Shown here: one piece after another, positions 22,497-26,724 of the stretch
How the letters are laid out: the number at the start of each line of letters is the position of its first letter
How positions within the stretch are numbered: position 1 is the first letter of the stretch
Source: Aquificales bacterium
Lineage (GTDB): Bacteria > Aquificota > Aquificia > Aquificales > Aquificaceae
Direction of reading: 5' to 3'
Assembly: GCA_015491275.1 (NCBI GenBank)
Contig: WFWF01000012.1
Coordinates: 1 to 26,724, forward strand
DNA length: 26,724 nt
The notes under the pieces: generated by a model
The model's input: the letters and a program-made list of their open reading frames with translations, nothing else
Databases searched by the model: none
Told to the model about the DNA's origin: nothing
Program-made: the position numbers and the translations under genes

Positions 22497-24236
22497 ATGT
22501 TGTCCGATTATATAAATCCCATGGAAGAGTATGAAAAAATAATAAACAGTCTCAGAAGGAAGACATACTTTATGTCAAGGATACTTGAGTGTATGAAAGA
22601 AGGTGTTGTCATTCTCAACAGTGAGGGTTGCATAGAGGGGGTGAACAAAGCTTTTCATGAGATAACTGGGTTGTCTTATGAGAGACTTATAAGGAACAGG
22701 CTTGAAAATATTGATCTTAAATGGGAAGGATTACCCACTTTTAAGGAGGTGTGGGAGATTGTAAACAATCAGGGATTGTGGGTGGGTGAGGTTGTGGGTA
22801 TTCATCCTAACGGCTATATGTACACATGTGATGCTATCCTTTCCAAGGTTGTTGCTGGTGGAGAAACCGTAGGTTATATATTTGTTGTTCAGGATATAAC
22901 CGAAAAGAGGAGTTTGGAATCTAACCTCAGATCCCTCTCATACTATGATTTATTGACAGGATTACCTAACAGGGCTTTACTCTACAACCATCTTAACCAG
23001 ATGCTTTACAATGCAAAGGTGAAGAATGAAAAGGTAGCTGTTCTCTTTATTGACATAGATAACTTTAAGATAGTCAACGAATCAATGGGGCATGAAATCG
23101 GGGACAGGTTACTGAAGCTGTTTGCTGAAAGATTAGCCTCTTCTGTAAATAGCGATTCAATGGTCGCCAGATTCGGAAGCGATGAGTTTGTTATGGTTAA
23201 GGGAGGATTAAAGGATATTAATTCTATAAAGTTAATAGCTGAGAGTATAATAGAGAAGATATCCCAGCCCTTTTTTATAGAAAATAAAAAGCTTTATATC
23301 ACGGTAACGATAGGTATAAGCGTATTCCCTATTGACGGAGTGGATCCGGACATACTTCTTAAAAATGCGGATATGGCTATGCATCACGCAAAGGAGATAG
23401 GTAGGAATACATATCAGTTTTATACAAGTGAATTGAATATAAGAGTGAGCGAAAGATTTTATATTGAAGGTAAGCTTAGGGAAGCTATAGTTAAAAATGA
23501 ACTTTACCTTCATTACCAACCCCAGTTCAGTTTAGAAGATGATAAACTCGTGGGCTTTGAAGCATTGCTTAGATGGTACAACCCGGAAAGCGGTTTACTG
23601 TTGCCCGGTAAATTTATAACGGTTGCGGAGGAATCGGATCTTATAGAAAGTTTGGGTGAGTGGGTTATAAGACAGGCATGTTCCCACGGCAAGATCCTTG
23701 AAGATATGGGTTACAGACTTAGGATAGCGGTTAACATATCATCAAATCAGCTGTCCTCTCCCGATTTTGATAAAAAGGTTGAGTATATTCTAACGGAGAC
23801 CGGGTTTTCTCCAGATCTTTTGGAGTTTGAGATAACGGAAAGCACATTGATAAAGAATAAAAGGGAAGCTATGAAGGTTCTTAACAGGTTGAAATCAATG
23901 GGTATTACCGTAGCGGTGGATGATTTCGGTACGAGCTATTCATCCCTCAATTATCTTAAATATTTTCCCGTTGATAAGCTTAAGATAGACAGATCCTTCA
24001 TAGGTGATATAATTTCCGACCCGAATGATGTTGCCATTACAACGACGATAATAGCCATAGCCCACAATCTCGGACTTAAAGCGACCGCGGAAGGAGTTGA
24101 AACGGAAGAACAGCTTACTTTTTTGAAGCTGTGGCAGTGTGACGAGGCTCAGGGTTACTTTTTCAGTCCTCCTCTTCCCTTTAAGGATGTGGTGGAGAGA
24201 TTAAAAAATAATCTGCTACCTGTTAAAGGTGAATAA
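22497..24236 (+). CDS. PAS-GGDEF-EAL protein (probable c-di-GMP phosphodiesterase)
   Basis: PAS region; YDLLTGLPNR, FIDIDNFKIVNESMGH; the signature reads GSDEF; EALLRW, DDFGTSYSSL, KLKIDRSF and AEGVET are present. The start could alternatively be ATG 22521. Confidence 0.93.
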   Translation: MLSDYINPMEEYEKIINSLRRKTYFMSRILECMKEGVVILNSEGCIEGVNKAFHEITGLSYERLIRNRLENIDLKWEGLPTFKEVWEIVNNQGLWVGEVVGIHPNGYMYTCDAILSKVVAGGETVGYIFVVQDITEKRSLESNLRSLSYYDLLTGLPNRALLYNHLNQMLYNAKVKNEKVAVLFIDIDNFKIVNESMGHEIGDRLLKLFAERLASSVNSDSMVARFGSDEFVMVKGGLKDINSIKLIAESIIEKISQPFFIENKKLYITVTIGISVFPIDGVDPDILLKNADMAMHHAKEIGRNTYQFYTSELNIRVSERFYIEGKLREAIVKNELYLHYQPQFSLEDDKLVGFEALLRWYNPESGLLLPGKFITVAEESDLIESLGEWVIRQACSHGKILEDMGYRLRIAVNISSNQLSSPDFDKKVEYILTETGFSPDLLEFEITESTLIKNKREAMKVLNRLKSMGITVAVDDFGTSYSSLNYLKYFPVDKLKIDRSFIGDIISDPNDVAITTTIIAIAHNLGLKATAEGVETEEQLTFLKLWQCDEAQGYFFSPPLPFKDVVERLKNNLLPVKGE

Positions 24237-25455
24237 CCGTATCAGCCATAATATAACTCAGCTTTACTATATTTATAAGTTCATCCTTAGGAATACCGAA
24301 TCTCTCTGCAATCTCATCCAATACGGGAAGGCTGGTATCATACTCATCCGCCACAATTCTTGTACTATTACTTTCTAATATCTCCGCATAGTGGAGCAGA
24401 ATACCTAATGGGGATGTTTTATCCGTATAAGCGGAGATTATATTTTCACCCACATTGACCCTTCGCAGGAAGGAGATTTTATCCTCTTCAATAAGTTCAT
24501 CTATGAGGGAGAATAATCCCGCTAAGTATGCTTCAGCTGCGAGTTGAAGATATTTCTTTTTGGCAAGACCTTCCATTATCTTAGCCCTTATAAGAGATCT
24601 CTTCCATAGTTTTGTATCGCCGACACTTGCATAATCGTTTATGGATATTACGAGTATAAAGTTCCTGAGTTGTTTCAAACCGAAAAAGGCTGCTGCTTGT
24701 TCAATACTCTTTATCTGAGATTGTATTGAAAAGTAGGCTGAATTTACGAATCTGAGGAGTTTTGCTGACATACCCGCGTCCGTTTCTATTACCTTCGCGT
24801 ACTCTTTTATGTCTTCCGATGTATTTAGGAGTGTAAGCAGGCGTAATAATGTGCTTCTTAGGAATGGAGATAGCTTTATTTCTTTAAGAAGTCTGGGTTC
24901 TTCAACTACAGGACCGGAAACAAAGTCTCCCATTTTAAGTGAAATTTGTAGATCTTCCTTATTGCTTATGTTTGTGACAAGAATTTTTTTCTTATTTGCC
25001 CTTACTGTACTTACCCTCTCAATGTTGAGCTCTGAGGGTGTGAATTCAATGATATCAACAACTTCTCCGAGCTCTGGGCTTGATTCGTACATCTGGAAAG
25101 GTATTATGAAATCCGCACCTTCCGCCTTTAGCTTTTTTATAACACCTATCACCTTTGATAACACTATGGTACTGTTGCTTATTGAGGGAGGGTAGAGCTT
25201 ATATATTACGGAGAAGGGGTTTATGAGGTCAAATATTTTCATGAGAAGGCTGTCTAAGGGTATCCTTATGAATATCTTCCTTCCATCATCAATTCTAGTT
25301 ACCCCGTATTCCGCAATACTCTTTATCATGATGAATATAAGTCTGTTTGACGAAGCGCCGTTGTGTGGTTTGTCTGTGGAATGAAGGAAAACTTCCGCTC
25401 CTACCCTATTTCCTTGGGTATTAAAGATGGATTGTTTACTCAGTTTTACCCGCAT
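24223..25455 (-). CDS. Degenerate-EAL plus HDOD domain protein
   Basis: N-terminus KQSIFNTQGNRVGAEVFL is EAL-like with a substituted motif; the HDOD part has ETDAGMSAKLLRFVNSAYFS...SIEQAAAFFG and AYLAGLFSLIDEL. Overlaps the convergent gene by 14 nt. Confidence 0.82.
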   Translation of the reverse strand: MRVKLSKQSIFNTQGNRVGAEVFLHSTDKPHNGASSNRLIFIMIKSIAEYGVTRIDDGRKIFIRIPLDSLLMKIFDLINPFSVIYKLYPPSISNSTIVLSKVIGVIKKLKAEGADFIIPFQMYESSPELGEVVDIIEFTPSELNIERVSTVRANKKKILVTNISNKEDLQISLKMGDFVSGPVVEEPRLLKEIKLSPFLRSTLLRLLTLLNTSEDIKEYAKVIETDAGMSAKLLRFVNSAYFSIQSQIKSIEQAAAFFGLKQLRNFILVISINDYASVGDTKLWKRSLIRAKIMEGLAKKKYLQLAAEAYLAGLFSLIDELIEEDKISFLRRVNVGENIISAYTDKTSPLGILLHYAEILESNSTRIVADEYDTSLPVLDEIAERFGIPKDELINIVKLSYIMADTVIHL

Positions 25456-25498
25456 ATCAAGAAATATAAATCGGTTTTTTAATTTTTTTATAAAAACT

Positions 25499-25507
25499 TG
25501 TTATAAT
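25499..25507 (+). promoter_or_regulatory. Extended -10 promoter of carA (leaderless)
   Basis: TG-T-TATAAT ends 6 nt before GTG 25514; no SD. Confidence 0.65.
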
Positions 25508-25513
25508 CTAATT

Positions 25514-26602
25514 GTGTCGGGTAAAAGAGCTATACTCGGTCTTGAAGATGGAACTTACTTCATAGGAAGATCCTTCGGCGCGGAGGGAGAGACAGAGGGA
25601 GAACTTATTTTTAATACATCCATGACGGGTTACCAGGAGATCCTTACCGATCCCTCTTATAGGGGGCAGATAGTCGTTATGACTTATACACAGATTGGCA
25701 ATTACGGTATAAATCCTGAAGACTTTGAATCGTCATCCGTTCATGTTAGGGGTTTTGTGGTAAGGGAGGCTTTTGGGTTTTACAGTAACTGGCGTGCTAC
25801 AAAAAGCCTTCATGAGTTCCTCAGAGAGTACGGTATAGTCGGTATTGAAGGTATAGATACGAGGGCATTGGTAAAGAGGATTAGGGATAAGGGAGTTGTA
25901 AAAGGTGTTATATCTACTGAAGAGACGGATCCTGTAAAGGTTGTCAATAAGGCTAAGCGGATGCCTTCCATATCCGAGCTTGATCTTGTTAAGGAGGTTG
26001 TTACGGAAAGGCGTGATTTTCTGAGTACTAAGGCGGATGAAGGACCCCTTATAGGTATAGTTGATTTCGGATATAAGAGAAACATTGAAAGAAAACTGAA
26101 ATATAATGGCGCTGATGTGGTGGTCATACCTTATTTTAAAGCTTTTGAATTGATTGAAAAATTGAAACCTGATGCCCTTCTTATGTCAAACGGACCGGGT
26201 GATCCTGAGAGGGTGAAGGAAGGTATAGAGATTGTTAACAGATATGCGGGGAAAATGCCCATATTCGGTATTTGCCTCGGACATCAGATTATAGGTATAG
26301 CTTTGGGGTGTAGGACATACAAGCTTAAATTTGGGCATCACGGCGGTAATCACCCCGTAAAAAACTTGCTTACCGGCAGTATAGAAATAACCGCTCAAAA
26401 TCACAACTATGCTATTGATCCGGGTAGCATCGGAAGTGATATTGAAGTAACCCATATAAATCTTTTAGATGATACTGTTGAAGGTATAAGACATAAAAAG
26501 ATGCCTATTTATTCCGTACAATTTCATCCTGAAAATTCTCCAGGGCCTCACGACTCTTATCGTATTTTCAAGGAGTTTATGGATATAGTCAATAATTTTT
26601 AG
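25514..26602 (+). CDS. carA: Carbamoyl-phosphate synthase small subunit
   Basis: KRAILGLEDG, ELIFNTSMTGYQEILTDPSY, SNGPGDP, GICLGHQ, ITAQNHNY and QFHPE. Start corrected from 25427 to GTG 25514, because the extension overlaps the HDOD gene and CarA homology starts at SGKRAIL. Confidence 0.96.
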   Translation: MSGKRAILGLEDGTYFIGRSFGAEGETEGELIFNTSMTGYQEILTDPSYRGQIVVMTYTQIGNYGINPEDFESSSVHVRGFVVREAFGFYSNWRATKSLHEFLREYGIVGIEGIDTRALVKRIRDKGVVKGVISTEETDPVKVVNKAKRMPSISELDLVKEVVTERRDFLSTKADEGPLIGIVDFGYKRNIERKLKYNGADVVVIPYFKAFELIEKLKPDALLMSNGPGDPERVKEGIEIVNRYAGKMPIFGICLGHQIIGIALGCRTYKLKFGHHGGNHPVKNLLTGSIEITAQNHNYAIDPGSIGSDIEVTHINLLDDTVEGIRHKKMPIYSVQFHPENSPGPHDSYRIFKEFMDIVNNF

Positions 26603-26608
26603 AAACTC

Positions 26609-26637
26609 TTGCCAGAATATGGTCATCTGACTATATT
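26609..26637 (+). promoter_or_regulatory. Putative sigma-70 promoter for the edge HTH gene
   Basis: TTGCCA (26609-26614), 17-bp spacer, TATATT (26632-26637), 9 nt before ATG 26647. Confidence 0.5.
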
Positions 26638-26646
26638 AATCCTACC

Positions 26647-26724
26647 ATGAAGCCCAAAGAGGTTATGGAAGTTTTAAGGATTTCCAGAAGCACCTTAAGG
26701 AGACTTAGAAAAGAAGGGAAGATA
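26647..26724 (+). CDS. Partial winged-HTH (MerR/excisionase-like) protein, resembling the N-terminus of IS607-family TnpA serine recombinases
   Basis: Hand translation MKPKEVMEVLRISRSTLRRLRKEGKI; open to the window edge; only 26 codons are visible. Confidence 0.55.
   Translation, partial: MKPKEVMEVLRISRSTLRRLRKEGKI

Noticed and set aside
25427-25513. N-terminal 29-aa extension of carA
   Set aside because: It overlaps the HDOD gene start and the promoter region; homology begins at GTG 25514.
1-26724. CRISPR arrays, tRNA or rRNA genes
   Set aside because: No regularly spaced direct repeats, no cloverleaf/TTCGA-type tRNA signatures, and the intergenic spaces are too short apart from the 5276-5706 region.

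Overview
Bacterial chromosomal window, very likely from a thermophilic Aquificota (Aquificaceae-like) organism. This is inferred from the archaeal-type Trm1, the archease, the protein style and the low GC. Left to right: (1) a minus-strand assimilatory sulfate-reduction operon, sir(+TusA-like domain)-cysH(APS reductase type)-TauE/SafE permease-sat-btuR/cobO (btuR is partial and missing from the ORF track). (2) A ~300-nt GC-rich intergenic island tiled by back-to-back hairpins that match no RNA family I recognise. It lies between the operon and a sigma-54 promoter with an IHF site, two tandem TGTWTA-N5-TAWACA enhancer-like sites and a divergent sigma-54 activator gene. (3) A minus-strand porin-multiheme cytochrome cluster: a triheme c7, two hexaheme c7-tandem paralogs, an 11-heme MtrA/DmsE-like protein and an MtrB/PioB porin, 26 CxxCH motifs in total. 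(4) Housekeeping genes hemE-trm1-pepA and archease-ubiA-cstA-CC-tail small protein. (5) A GspM-like gene, a large beta-helix/Ig-repeat surface protein with a C-terminal anchor, a PAS-GGDEF-EAL protein, an EAL-like/HDOD protein and carA. (6) The first 26 codons of an IS607-TnpA-like HTH protein at the right edge. The best novelty candidates are the structured RNA island with convergent promoters and the undecaheme porin-cytochrome conduit. All calls were made by eye without database searches.
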